A DNA stretch of 64,000 nucleotides from Spirochaetota bacterium (lineage in GTDB: Bacteria > Spirochaetota > Spirochaetia > Treponematales > UBA12059), in NCBI GenBank assembly GCA_026398615.1, contig JAPLSN010000011.1:12577-76576 (forward strand), given 5' to 3'. Position 1 is the first letter of the stretch. Every line of letters begins with the position of its first letter. Positions 42,542 to 51,987 of this stretch are shown piece by piece. The translations under genes and the position numbers were made by a program. The notes under the pieces are model-generated. The model saw only the letters and a program-made list of their open reading frames with translations. It was not told the DNA's origin and ran no database searches.

Positions 42542-42602
42542 GAGAGCCAGCATAGCACCCCCGGGAAGGCATGAAAAGCGGGAAACGACCGTTCTCCCGC
42601 GA

Positions 42603-43766
42603 TCATTTCGCAGGTCCCACCGCCGCGTAGAAATCCTTGAGCTGGTCGTCGTTTTCGGGGACGAGGATGGTTCCATCCACGATCTTGCGCTTGATGGCGT
42701 CGAGATCGGAAAAATACGGTTTCAGCGCGTCCTCGTTGTACTGGTTCACGGCAAAATCGACCCCGCCGTCCGCGAGCTCGAAGAGGCGGTATCCCCCGCG
42801 CACTTCCTCCCGGTCCATGAGTTCCTTGCCCAGGAGGAATACGGCCCGGTCGACCCGCTTGATCATGGACGTGACGATGATCGACCCGTACTTGACCAGT
42901 TCCGGGACACCCGAGTCATGGTAGATGGCGCCCTGGTCCGAGTCCACGCCGATCGCGAGCTTGTCGTTCTCGAAAGCCGCCTTGAATACGCCGGCCCCCG
43001 ACGCACCGGACGCGTGGAAGATGATTGCCGCCCCCCTTACGAACATCTCGTAGGAGGCGGCGTACGCGCCGTACGGGTCATTGAAGCCCGTGACGTCCGG
43101 CGCAACGTACTTCGTCACGAATCCGCCAGGGAGCAGCGCCGGGTTCGTGAACGCGGCGCCCGCGTAGAACCCGACCCTGAACCTGTTGACGATCGGGCTG
43201 TTGGTGCCGCCGAGGAAGCCGACGCGCCTGGACTGGTCGCTCCGGGTGAGGTAGCCGGCGAGTGCCCCCACCATGAACGCGCCCTCGTGCTCGGAAAAAT
43301 TCACGCAGGTGATATTGGAATCAGTATTGAGGTTCGGGATGATGCCGTCCACGACCGCGAAGTGGGTATCCGGGAAGTTCTTGGCGGTGATGAGGGCCGC
43401 CTCGGTGTAGGCGTTGCCGATCCCGATCACGAGGTCGTAGCCGTCCTCCGCGAAGAACCGGAACAACTGCTCGTTGTCCCGGCCGTCGGCCTTGGTTTCC
43501 AGGTAGCGGAGCTGGAGGCGGTAGCCTTTGCTCACGCCGTCGGGATCGTCGACGATGAAACCATAGAAGGTTTCGGCCAGGATCTTGATGCCTTCGTATG
43601 CCGAATCGTTGAACGCGCGGTCGCCGCGTCCGCCGATGTCGAACGCCACGCCGATCTTGTGCACGGGTTTCACCGGCCCGACGAAATTCCCGCCCGTGGT
43701 CGATTCCCTGCGGCATCCCGATGCCAGGGCCAGGACCGCCGCGAGGACGAGCGCCATCCTTTTCAC
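42603..43766 (-). CDS. BMP-family (PnrA/TmpC-like) binding lipoprotein
   Basis: LASGC lipobox, [34 protein letters not shown]; GTG start. Confidence 0.9.
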   Translation of the reverse strand: MKRMALVLAAVLALASGCRRESTTGGNFVGPVKPVHKIGVAFDIGGRGDRAFNDSAYEGIKILAETFYGFIVDDPDGVSKGYRLQLRYLETKADGRDNEQLFRFFAEDGYDLVIGIGNAYTEAALITAKNFPDTHFAVVDGIIPNLNTDSNITCVNFSEHEGAFMVGALAGYLTRSDQSRRVGFLGGTNSPIVNRFRVGFYAGAAFTNPALLPGGFVTKYVAPDVTGFNDPYGAYAASYEMFVRGAAIIFHASGASGAGVFKAAFENDKLAIGVDSDQGAIYHDSGVPELVKYGSIIVTSMIKRVDRAVFLLGKELMDREEVRGGYRLFELADGGVDFAVNQYNEDALKPYFSDLDAIKRKIVDGTILVPENDDQLKDFYAAVGPAK

Positions 43767-43853
43767 CGTCTTTTCCTTTCGACACGGGCTGGTGCCAACG
43801 GACCGCAGGGTCCGCACGACGCGAGGGGGCATCCCGGGCTCCCTCGCGGGAGG

Positions 43854-44801
43854 TCAGCGTTTACCCGCGTCGTAGATCTCTCCGGCGGCCTTCGGGCCGA
43901 CCGATTTGCCGCTGAACACGATGAGCGCGACGATCGTGAGCACGTACGGAAGGACATAGAAGACGTCGGTCGGAACCGACGAGAGGAAGGGAATGTCCTT
44001 GGCGTAGTACGAGAGGGTCTGGGCGAACCCGAAAAAGAACCCGGCGCCCAGCACGCCCCACGGATTCCATTTCCCGAAGATGAGCGAAGCGAGGGCGATG
44101 AAGCCCGTGCCATGCACCGAGCCGATTGTGTACTGGATGTCCTGGGTCAGCACCATCGTGGCGCCCGCGAGCCCCGCGAGGGCGCCCGAGGCTCCCACAC
44201 CGATGTAGCGCATCCAGAAGACGTTGATGCCCATGGACGCCGCCGCCTGGGGATTCTCGCCGCAAGCCCGGAGCCTGAGGCCGAAGGGGGTCTTGTAGAC
44301 GACGAACCAGGTGAACGCGACGAGGGCCAGGGCGATGTAGAAGGTCGGGTAGATCTCCGTGAAGACCGCCGGCCCGAGGATCGGGATGCGGTTGAGCAGG
44401 GGCACCGTGACTTTCAGGACGCCGGTCTGGAAGGAACTCGTCCGCTGCTGGTTGAAGAAGATCTGGCAGAGGTAGACGGTAAGCCCGCCGGCCAGGATGT
44501 TGAGGGCCGTGCCCGACACGACCTGTTCGGATTTGAGGTTGATGCTGGCGAAAGCGTGGAGCATCGAAAATACGATGCCCGCGAGGATGCCGACGCCGAG
44601 CCCTATCCATCCCGCCAGGGGCGTGACGGGTTCGAGGACCACTATGATCGAAGCGGCCGCGAAACCGCCCACCATCATGATGCCTTCGAGGCCGATGTTC
44701 ACGATGCCGGAGCGTTCGCTGAACAGCCCGCCGAGCGCGGCGATGACGATCGGCGTGGTGCCCGCCAGGGCGATGGGAAACATCTGGACGAGGATGTTCA
44801 T
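43854..44801 (-). CDS. Nucleoside-type ABC transporter permease (NupC-like)
   Basis: SERSGIVNIGLEG, GLRLRACGENP, GFIALA.LIFGKWNP, LPYVLT. Confidence 0.9.
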   Translation of the reverse strand: MNILVQMFPIALAGTTPIVIAALGGLFSERSGIVNIGLEGIMMVGGFAAASIIVVLEPVTPLAGWIGLGVGILAGIVFSMLHAFASINLKSEQVVSGTALNILAGGLTVYLCQIFFNQQRTSSFQTGVLKVTVPLLNRIPILGPAVFTEIYPTFYIALALVAFTWFVVYKTPFGLRLRACGENPQAAASMGINVFWMRYIGVGASGALAGLAGATMVLTQDIQYTIGSVHGTGFIALASLIFGKWNPWGVLGAGFFFGFAQTLSYYAKDIPFLSSVPTDVFYVLPYVLTIVALIVFSGKSVGPKAAGEIYDAGKR

Positions 44802-45889
44802 GCCTCGGCCTCCTTGGGGGGTTCTTTCCTCGTCCGCATGCGCTCCAGGATGTAGGTGATGCCGTGCTTCATCGCCACGAACATGACGATGGATGCTTGG
44901 ATGATGCCGGCGATCTCCTTCGGGATGCCCTGGGACTGCATGAGCGGCTGGGCCGCCTTGAGCATGCCGAATAGGAGGCCCGACAGGAAGATGCCCGGCG
45001 CGACGTTGCCGCCGACCAGCGCCACGGCGATGCCGTCGAAACCGTAGCCCTCCGCCATCGGAAGCGCGCGCCCGAAGTTGAAGGTACCCACCGTGATGAT
45101 GGCGCCCGCGAGACCGGCGAAGGCGCCCGCCATGGTCATGGACAGCACGACGTTCCTGTTGACCTTCATGCCCGCGTATCTGGCCGCGTCCTTGTTGAAG
45201 CCCACGGCCCGGAGGCTGTAGCCGAACGTGGTCTTTTCGATCACGAACCAGTATACGATGAGGGCGATGATGACCGGCACGAAGCCCCAGTTGAGGCGCG
45301 ATCCCCGCGTGAGCTGGGACAGCATCGGATCCTTGAGTAGGGCGGTGACGGGGAATTCGGCGGTCTTGACGCGGTCGGCGCTGTGGAACACGTCGAGGAT
45401 GGCCCAGTTGTTCACGAAGAACGCCACGTAGTTCAGCATGATCGTCACGACCACTTCGTGCACGTTGAATTTCGCCTTGAGGTAGCCGGGGATGGCGCCC
45501 CAGAACCCGCCCGCGACCATCGCGCCGAGCAGCACGAGGACGACGTGGATCCCCGGGGGAGCCTTGACGCCCAGGGCGACGATGGCTGCCGCGAGCGAAC
45601 CCACCACGAACTGCCCCTCGGCGCCGATGTTGAAGAGGCCGGTCCTGAAGGCGAAACCGACCGATAGCCCGGTCAGGATGATGGGCAGGGCCTGGATCAC
45701 GAACTCGCCGATGTAGCGCGGGTTGAACTTGCCCGTCTTGATGATAACGCCGGACGCACCCTGGATCATCGCGCTGAACATCGCGATCGGGTTCTTGCCG
45801 GTGAGGAGAATGATGACCGATCCGGTGAGGAACCCGAGGAGTACGGCAACGAGGGACACGACGAGGGCGTCCCGATTCCTGTTCGCCAT
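44798..45889 (-). CDS. Nucleoside-type ABC transporter permease (NupB-like)
   Basis: GLFNIGAEGQ, HEVVVTIMLNY, GYSLRAVGFN, GFDGIAVALVG. Confidence 0.9.
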   Translation of the reverse strand: MANRNRDALVVSLVAVLLGFLTGSVIILLTGKNPIAMFSAMIQGASGVIIKTGKFNPRYIGEFVIQALPIILTGLSVGFAFRTGLFNIGAEGQFVVGSLAAAIVALGVKAPPGIHVVLVLLGAMVAGGFWGAIPGYLKAKFNVHEVVVTIMLNYVAFFVNNWAILDVFHSADRVKTAEFPVTALLKDPMLSQLTRGSRLNWGFVPVIIALIVYWFVIEKTTFGYSLRAVGFNKDAARYAGMKVNRNVVLSMTMAGAFAGLAGAIITVGTFNFGRALPMAEGYGFDGIAVALVGGNVAPGIFLSGLLFGMLKAAQPLMQSQGIPKEIAGIIQASIVMFVAMKHGITYILERMRTRKEPPKEAEA

Positions 45890-45891
45890 GC

Positions 45892-47412
45892 TTACACCGC
45901 CTTCCGGATCGAGCCCGACATCATGAGGCCGAGCTCGTTCTCGTCGGTTTCCGACGCGTTCACGAGACCGACGATCTCGCCGCCGTAGATGACCGCTATG
46001 CGGTCCGAGACGTCGAGCACCTCGTCCAGCTCCAGCGACAGGAGGAGGATCGCCTTGCCCTTGTCGCGCTCCGCGATGATGCGCGTATGGATGTACTCGA
46101 TGGCGCCCACGTCGAGGCCGCGCGTCGGCTGGGCTACGATGAACACCTCGGGGGAAAGGTCGATCTCGCGCGCGACGATGGCCTTCTGCTGGTTCCCGCC
46201 GGACATGGAACGGGTCGGCGTCGCGGGGCCCTGGCCGCAGCGGACGTCGAATTCCGCGATGAGCCGGTTCGCGTTCGTCCTGATCGACTTGAAATCGAGC
46301 ACGAAGCCCTGCGCGAAGGGTTTCCTGTTGTAGTTGTGCACGACGAGATTTTCGTCGAGCCTGAAATCCAGGACCAGGCCGTGCTTGTGGCGGTCCTCGG
46401 GGATGTGGCCAAGGCCGCAGGAAAAGCGTTCCTTGACGGAGACATGGGCGATATCCATCCCCTTGAGGAGGATCTTCCCGCTCTCGACCGGGGTCAGGCC
46501 CGTGATCGCCTGGACGAGCTCGGTCTGCCCGTTGCCGTCGATGCCGCACACGCCGAGAATCTCGCCGCGGCGGACCTCCAGTGAAAGGTTCTTCACGCCG
46601 AGGAGGCCTTTCGGGTTGCGGACGTTGAGGCATTCGATCCTGAGGAGGACATCCCCCGGCTCGGCTGGCTTTTTCTGGACATGGAAGTTGACTTCGCGGC
46701 CGACCATCATCTCCGCCATCCTGGCTTCGGAGGTTTCCGCCACCGGGACCGTACCGATGTACTTGCCCCTGCGGAGCACCGTGCACTGGTCGGCGACTTC
46801 CTTGATTTCCTTGAGCTTGTGGGTGATGAGGAGGACCGTCTTCCCCTCCTGCACGAGCCGGCGCATGATGTGCATGAGCTCGTGTATCTCCTGCGGCGTG
46901 AGTACGGCCGTCGGTTCGTCGAAGATCAGGATTTCCGCGTCGCGGTACAGCATCTTGAGTATTTCGACGCGCTGCTGCATGCCCACCGAGATGTTCTCGA
47001 TGATGGCTTCCGGGTCCACGTTGAGGCCGTAGAGTTCGGAGATCTTCCTGACCCGGGCGGCGGCGGACTTGCGGTCGATGACGAGGCCCTTGCGGGGTTC
47101 GATCCCGAGGATGATGTTCTCGGTGACGGTGAAGTTGTGGACGAGCTGGAAGTGCTGGTGGACCATGCCGATCCCCAGCTCGTTCGCCACGTTCGGGTCG
47201 TGGATCGCGACTTCCTTCCCCCTGACCCTGATGATTCCGGAATCCGGCTGGTAGAGCCCGAACAGTATGCTCATGAGCGTGGACTTGCCCGCTCCGTTCT
47301 CCCCGAGGAGGGCGTGGATCGAGCCCTGCTCCACCTGGAGCGTGACGCGATCGTTGGCGCGAATGCCGGGGAAGTCCTTGATGATGTCGATCATTTCGAT
47401 GATATGCGGCAC
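45892..47412 (-). CDS. Nucleoside-type ABC transporter ATP-binding protein (NupA-like, two domains)
   Basis: GENGAGKSTL, GMVHQHF, DEPTAVLTPQE, SGGNQQK, QPTRGLDVGA. Confidence 0.92.
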   Translation of the reverse strand: MPHIIEMIDIIKDFPGIRANDRVTLQVEQGSIHALLGENGAGKSTLMSILFGLYQPDSGIIRVRGKEVAIHDPNVANELGIGMVHQHFQLVHNFTVTENIILGIEPRKGLVIDRKSAAARVRKISELYGLNVDPEAIIENISVGMQQRVEILKMLYRDAEILIFDEPTAVLTPQEIHELMHIMRRLVQEGKTVLLITHKLKEIKEVADQCTVLRRGKYIGTVPVAETSEARMAEMMVGREVNFHVQKKPAEPGDVLLRIECLNVRNPKGLLGVKNLSLEVRRGEILGVCGIDGNGQTELVQAITGLTPVESGKILLKGMDIAHVSVKERFSCGLGHIPEDRHKHGLVLDFRLDENLVVHNYNRKPFAQGFVLDFKSIRTNANRLIAEFDVRCGQGPATPTRSMSGGNQQKAIVAREIDLSPEVFIVAQPTRGLDVGAIEYIHTRIIAERDKGKAILLLSLELDEVLDVSDRIAVIYGGEIVGLVNASETDENELGLMMSGSIRKAV

Positions 47413-47496
47413 GCTTGTTCCCCCTGATGAGGTTTATCGGAAAACTATATCACAGGACGCGGTGCGGAGGAACTGTAAATCCTCCCATCGGGCGTG

Positions 47497-47525
47497 AAAA
47501 AAGGCCGCCCCCGGCGGGGACGGCC
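47497..47525 (-). terminator. Terminator-like hairpin after the BMP gene
   Basis: ggccg.ccc / gggacggcc stem with a 6-A run. Confidence 0.7.
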
Positions 47526-47549
47526 CTGTCTTCGATAGGATCGGGGAAA

Positions 47550-48563
47550 TTACTTCTTCGCGGGAATTTCGGACACGACGAGCTTGCCGGAAGCGATCTG
47601 CTTCTCGTAGTCGGCGATCTTGGCGATGATGTCCTTCGAAAGGTTGGGGTTCGTGGCGGGGATGCTGACGCCCTTGTTCTTCACGTTGAAGACCAGGACC
47701 TGGCCGCCGGGGAACTTGCCGGCCATCGTGAGGACGGCCACGTCGTGCGCGGCGACGTCGACGCGCTTCATCATGCTGGTGAGGACGGCGGACTTGGTGC
47801 CGTACACACCGTCGGCGTACTGATCCTTGTCGACGCCGATGGCCCAGCGGATGTCGCCCTTCTGGGAGCGTTCCTTGGCTTCCTTGATGACGCCGTTGCC
47901 GGTGCCGCCCGCGGCGTGGAAGATGATGTAAGCGCCCGCGTTGAACTGCTTCACGGCGAGGGCCTGGCCTTTGCCCGGGTTGCCGAAGTCGCCGGCATAG
48001 TCGACGAGGACGGTGATCTTGGGATCCACGGCCTTGACGCCCTGCTCGAAACCGGCCTGGAACTTCTCGATGAGCGGGAACTGCATGCCGCCGACGAAGC
48101 CGACCATGTTCTTCTTGGCCTTCTTGGCCTGCATGCCGGCGGCGACGCCGACGAGGAAGGAACCCTCGTGCTCGGCGAAGACGGCGCTGGCGACGTTCGG
48201 CTTGTTGACGACGGAGTCGATGATCAGGAGCTTCTGGGTGGGATACTGGTCCGCGACTTCGCCCATGGCCTTCTCGAAGAGGAAACCCGGGGCCACGATG
48301 AGGTCGAGACCTTCGTCGGCGAAGGTGCTGAGGTTCGGGACGTAGTCCGCTTCGGCGGTGGACTGGAGATACTTGACATCCGTGCCGACGACGAGCTTGT
48401 TCTCGGTGGCGAACCGCTTGATGCCTTCCCAGGTGCCCTGGTTGAAGGACTTGTCATCGATGCCGCCGACGTCGGTAACGAGGCCGACGCGGAAGGCCGG
48501 AGCCGCGAACACCGCGACGATGGCGGTCAGCGCGACGAGAGCGAAAACAATACGCTTCTTCAT
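47550..48563 (-). CDS. BMP-family (PnrA/TmpC-like) nucleoside-binding protein
   Basis: GGIDDKSFNQ, FAEHEGSFLVG, IGVDKDQ, SMMKRVD; signal peptide without Cys. Confidence 0.92.
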   Translation of the reverse strand: MKKRIVFALVALTAIVAVFAAPAFRVGLVTDVGGIDDKSFNQGTWEGIKRFATENKLVVGTDVKYLQSTAEADYVPNLSTFADEGLDLIVAPGFLFEKAMGEVADQYPTQKLLIIDSVVNKPNVASAVFAEHEGSFLVGVAAGMQAKKAKKNMVGFVGGMQFPLIEKFQAGFEQGVKAVDPKITVLVDYAGDFGNPGKGQALAVKQFNAGAYIIFHAAGGTGNGVIKEAKERSQKGDIRWAIGVDKDQYADGVYGTKSAVLTSMMKRVDVAAHDVAVLTMAGKFPGGQVLVFNVKNKGVSIPATNPNLSKDIIAKIADYEKQIASGKLVVSEIPAKK

Positions 48564-48602
48564 GTACATGCTCCTTTGACTTGAACAGATGTGCGAAATT
48601 AG

Positions 48603-48631
48603 ATGGTACGTCCATGCATCAATTATTTCAA
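48603..48631 (-). promoter_or_regulatory. Sigma70-type promoter of the BMP/nucleoside transporter genes
   Basis: Minus strand TTGAAA-17-TACCAT in an AT-rich spacer. Confidence 0.6.
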
Positions 48632-48790
48632 GTCCTTTTTCCGGTTTGAAGTCTACTTAACCGGTAAAGCAACACCGGCCTTTATTAATAAGATCGTTGA
48701 TTGCCAAAACCATCGACCATGCAGTTTTTCGATATTCCGGAAGCGGTGAGCGCCGGATTGAACTTTACCCATAGAAGGCGCCCGTAAGCA

Positions 48791-49567
48791 TCAGGCGATC
48801 CGGAGCGTGATGCCCAGGCCCCGTATGATCCCGGAATATTCGGCGGAAATGCCCGAATCGGTGATGATCTCGTCGAAAGTCGAGAGATCCGCAAAATAGT
48901 CGGAGCGAACCACCCCGAATTTCGAGGAATCGACCAGGAGGATCTTCATCATCGAGGACTGGATCGCCGCCATCTTGGTTTCCCGTTCGTAGGGGTTCAT
49001 GCACGTGACGCCGAACTGCCGGCTCGCTCCCGCGGAGGATATGAAGGCTTTCGTCGCCCGGAAGCGCCTGATCATGTCGAGCCCCTCGGGGCTCTCGAAC
49101 ATGAGGGTGTTCCCATGGAAGATGCCGCCTGAGAACAGGGACGTGCAATTCTTCCGCCGGACCGTCTCCGAGAGGATGTTGAGCGACCAGCTGAGGACGG
49201 TGTAGTGCCGGTCGTCCGGCAGGCACTTGGCAAGGTACTCGGTGGTCGAGCCGGAATCGATGATCAGGGTATCGTCCGCCTCGATGAGCGAGGCCGCGAG
49301 CGACCCGATCGTCCGCTTCTGTTCCTGCCATTTCGCGCCCGCGGCGATGAGCGAATAATGGTTCTCCCCGGTTCGGATATCGTTCTTCGGGTGGAGGATG
49401 ACGCTTCCGTGGAGGATCTTGACGAGTTCGTCGTCGACGAGCGGCACGAGATCCCGCCTGATCGTCATGTGGGAAACCTTCAACTCCCGCGACAGCTCCT
49501 GCACGCTCGAAGCCTTGTCGGTCTCGAGGATCCGCAGTATATAGCTCAAGCGCTCGGACCTGTTCAT
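48791..49567 (-). CDS. deoR: DeoR/GlpR-family transcriptional regulator
   Basis: HTH VSHMTIRRDL, IDSGSTT, VDSSKFG; divergent from the deoC-containing operon. Confidence 0.9.
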   Translation of the reverse strand: MNRSERLSYILRILETDKASSVQELSRELKVSHMTIRRDLVPLVDDELVKILHGSVILHPKNDIRTGENHYSLIAAGAKWQEQKRTIGSLAASLIEADDTLIIDSGSTTEYLAKCLPDDRHYTVLSWSLNILSETVRRKNCTSLFSGGIFHGNTLMFESPEGLDMIRRFRATKAFISSAGASRQFGVTCMNPYERETKMAAIQSSMMKILLVDSSKFGVVRSDYFADLSTFDEIITDSGISAEYSGIIRGLGITLRIA

Positions 49568-49669
49568 CCATCTTCCCCGGTGCGGATGCCCGCTGGCTGG
49601 CAAATACGGTAGTGGAGTTCCGTCGATGCAGCTTGACAATATCCTGAATGGAAGGTAAAGACAACCCGA

Positions 49670-49691
49670 AAAAGTTATTATTTTAACTTTT
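49670..49691. promoter_or_regulatory. Palindrome, candidate DeoR operator
   Basis: AAAAGTTA-ttattt-TAACTTTT; the GTTA-N6-TAAC core matches E. coli deo operators. Confidence 0.6.
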
Positions 49692-49705
49692 ATTCAAAAT
49701 TTTGC

Positions 49706-49734
49706 TTGACATTTAACATATCCATTCCTAAGAT
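49706..49734 (+). promoter_or_regulatory. Sigma70-type promoter of the BMC operon
   Basis: TTGACA-17-TAAGAT. Confidence 0.75.
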
Positions 49735-50061
49735 GGACTGGAAAGCAGCTGGGCAGCTGCCCTGATCGAGGAGGGAATGCATGAAAAGGCGACAATTCCC
49801 GAACCCGGAAACCTTGCCATGCAGTACACTGGATTCGAGCAGTGTGTTGAAACAGGCAATGGAGCCTGTTCAACACTACCTGGATTTCCGCGATTGTGCA
49901 GGAAACCGACAGGTTTTCGAGCAATTGCAGACTGCGTTTCACCCGCTCGGTATCCCCGTTTCCGGTCGATGAATGCCAAGGGCGGCGCCCCTGCGGGCAC
50001 TCGGTATGGCGGGCGCCGGGGCGGACCGGCAGGGCGACAAGGGCTTGAAAGAGGAGGAATC

Positions 50062-50361
50062 ATGGCTGAAGGAAAGGGCGCGCTCGGGATGATCGAAACG
50101 AAAGGATTCGCCGCCATGGTGGAAGCCGCGGACGCGATGGTGAAGGCGGCCAATGTCGACCTCGTCGGGTTCGAGAAGATCGGCGGCGGGTACGTCACGG
50201 CCATCGTGCGCGGCGACGTGGCCTCCTGCAGGGCGGCCGTCGACGCCGGCGTCAAGTCGGCGGAGAAGGTCGGCGAGGTGGTGTCGACCCACGTGATCCC
50301 GAGGCCGAATGGCGCGGTCGACGCGACGCTGCCGCTCGGCGGGTCCGGGGTGGAGGCATAG
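50062..50361 (+). CDS. BMC hexamer shell protein (BMC-H)
   Basis: [39 protein letters not shown]; GAGGAGG SD. Confidence 0.96.
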   Translation: MAEGKGALGMIETKGFAAMVEAADAMVKAANVDLVGFEKIGGGYVTAIVRGDVASCRAAVDAGVKSAEKVGEVVSTHVIPRPNGAVDATLPLGGSGVEA

Positions 50362-50364
50362 GCC

Positions 50365-51006
50365 ATGGCGATAGATCTCAGGACATACGTATTCCTCGAT
50401 TCGCTCCAGCTGCAGAACGCCTCGTTCATCGCGACGATCAGCAAGGGTTACTATCCGATCGGCATGCAGGCATGCTGCATCATAGAGATCGCGCCCGGCA
50501 TCGAGATCAACCGGCTGACGGACATCGCGCTCAAGGCGACCAACGTCACGCCGGGCCTGCAGATCGTCGAGCGGGCCTACGGCCTCCTCGAAGTGCATTC
50601 GGACAGCCAGGGCGATGCGCGCATGGCCGGCGAGGCTGTGCTGCGCGAGCTCGGCATGACCGAGGAGAACAGGCTCAAGCCGCGGGTCATGACGAGCCAG
50701 CTGATCAAGAACGTCACGGACCACCACGCGCAGCTGATCAACAAGGTCCGTCACGGGAACATGATCCTGCGGGGCGACACGCTCTACGTGCTCGAGGTCG
50801 AGCCGGCGGGGTACGCCTACTTCGCCTCCAACGAGGCCGAGAAAACCTCCGATGTCAACATCATCGAGGTACTGGGATTCGGCGCCTTCGGCCGCGTGTA
50901 CATCGCGGGTGACGAGGCCGAGGTGATCGAGGCGAGGAAAGTGGTGGAAGCGAGGCTCGCGGACATCGGCGGCAGGGTCCTGGACACCAAGGCGGCGCGG
51001 ATATAG
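50365..51006 (+). CDS. Tandem-domain BMC shell protein (BMC-T, double-stacking CcmP/CsoS1D-like type)
   Basis: LRTYVFLDSLQ, EIAPG, VERAYGLLEVH, EPAGYA..NEAEK, FGAFGR. Confidence 0.92.
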   Translation: MAIDLRTYVFLDSLQLQNASFIATISKGYYPIGMQACCIIEIAPGIEINRLTDIALKATNVTPGLQIVERAYGLLEVHSDSQGDARMAGEAVLRELGMTEENRLKPRVMTSQLIKNVTDHHAQLINKVRHGNMILRGDTLYVLEVEPAGYAYFASNEAEKTSDVNIIEVLGFGAFGRVYIAGDEAEVIEARKVVEARLADIGGRVLDTKAARI

Positions 51007-51067
51007 ACGCTGACCGGATCCGATGGACGATGTGCGGACCGGCAATGACCGACAAGGAGATGGCGAC

Positions 51068-51373
51068 ATGGCAGAAACGAACGATGCGCTCGGGATGATC
51101 GAGACCAGGGGATTCGCCGGGATGGTGGAAGCCGCCGACGCGATGGTTAAGGCGGCCAAGGTCGACCTCATCGGGTTCGAGAAGATCGGCGGCGGGTACG
51201 TCACGGCGATCGTGCGCGGCGACGTGGCCGCGTGCCGCGCGGCGGTCGACGCCGGCGCCAGGTCGGCGGAGAAGGTCGGCGAGGTGGTGTCGACCCACGT
51301 GATCCCGAGACCGCATGAGGCGGTGGACGCGGTCCTCCCCCTGGGCAGGAAGCCCGCCGCGGCCAAGAAGTAG
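51068..51373 (+). CDS. BMC hexamer shell protein (BMC-H), second copy
   Basis: [31 protein letters not shown]. Confidence 0.96.
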   Translation: MAETNDALGMIETRGFAGMVEAADAMVKAAKVDLIGFEKIGGGYVTAIVRGDVAACRAAVDAGARSAEKVGEVVSTHVIPRPHEAVDAVLPLGRKPAAAKK

Positions 51374-51386
51374 CGAGGGAGCCCCG

Positions 51387-51689
51387 ATGGTACTCGCGCG
51401 GGTGAGGGGGACCGTGGTCTCCACGCACAAGCCCTCCAGCATGGAAGGCCTCAAGCTGCTCCTCCTCGAGAAGGTCGATCCCGTGACCATGAAGGGCAAG
51501 GGCGATTTCGTCGTGGGGGTCGACAGCGTCGGGGCCAATGCCGGGGAGATCGTGTTCTTCGTGACCGGGTCGAGCGCGCGGATGACCGAGACGACGAAGG
51601 GAAAACCTTCGGACGCCACGATCATCGCGATCGTCGACGCGATAGAGAAGGACGGCGCCCTGACGTACGAGAAGGCCCGGCCCGAATGA
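51387..51689 (+). CDS. BMC pentamer (EutN/CcmL family)
   Basis: ARVRGTVVST.K, KLLL, DSVGA..GE.V...GSSAR, DATIIAIVD. Confidence 0.95.
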   Translation: MVLARVRGTVVSTHKPSSMEGLKLLLLEKVDPVTMKGKGDFVVGVDSVGANAGEIVFFVTGSSARMTETTKGKPSDATIIAIVDAIEKDGALTYEKARPE

Positions 51690-51976
51690 ACATGGCCCGT
51701 GTCCGCGGCACCGTCGTCGCGACCGCGCGGTCGGACGGCGTCGCGCATGCGCGCTTCCTGCTCGTCGAGGAATGCGACCAGAAGGGCGAAGGCAGGGGCG
51801 AATACCTCGTCGCGCTGGACATGGTGGGCGCGGAGAGGGGACATCTGGTCCTGCTCGCGCAGGGCAGCTCCTGCAGGTGGACCCGGGAAACCGACGGGAA
51901 GCCCATGGACGCCCTCATCGTGGCGATCGTCGACCGGATGGACCAGGCCGGCGTGGATGTCTGGAAGCAGGATTGA
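51686..51976 (+). CDS. BMC pentamer (EutN/CcmL family)
   Basis: ARVRGTVVAT, VALDMVGA, QGSSCR, DALIVAIVD. Confidence 0.93.
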   Translation: MNMARVRGTVVATARSDGVAHARFLLVEECDQKGEGRGEYLVALDMVGAERGHLVLLAQGSSCRWTRETDGKPMDALIVAIVDRMDQAGVDVWKQD

Positions 51977-51987
51977 CGGGAGCGGGC

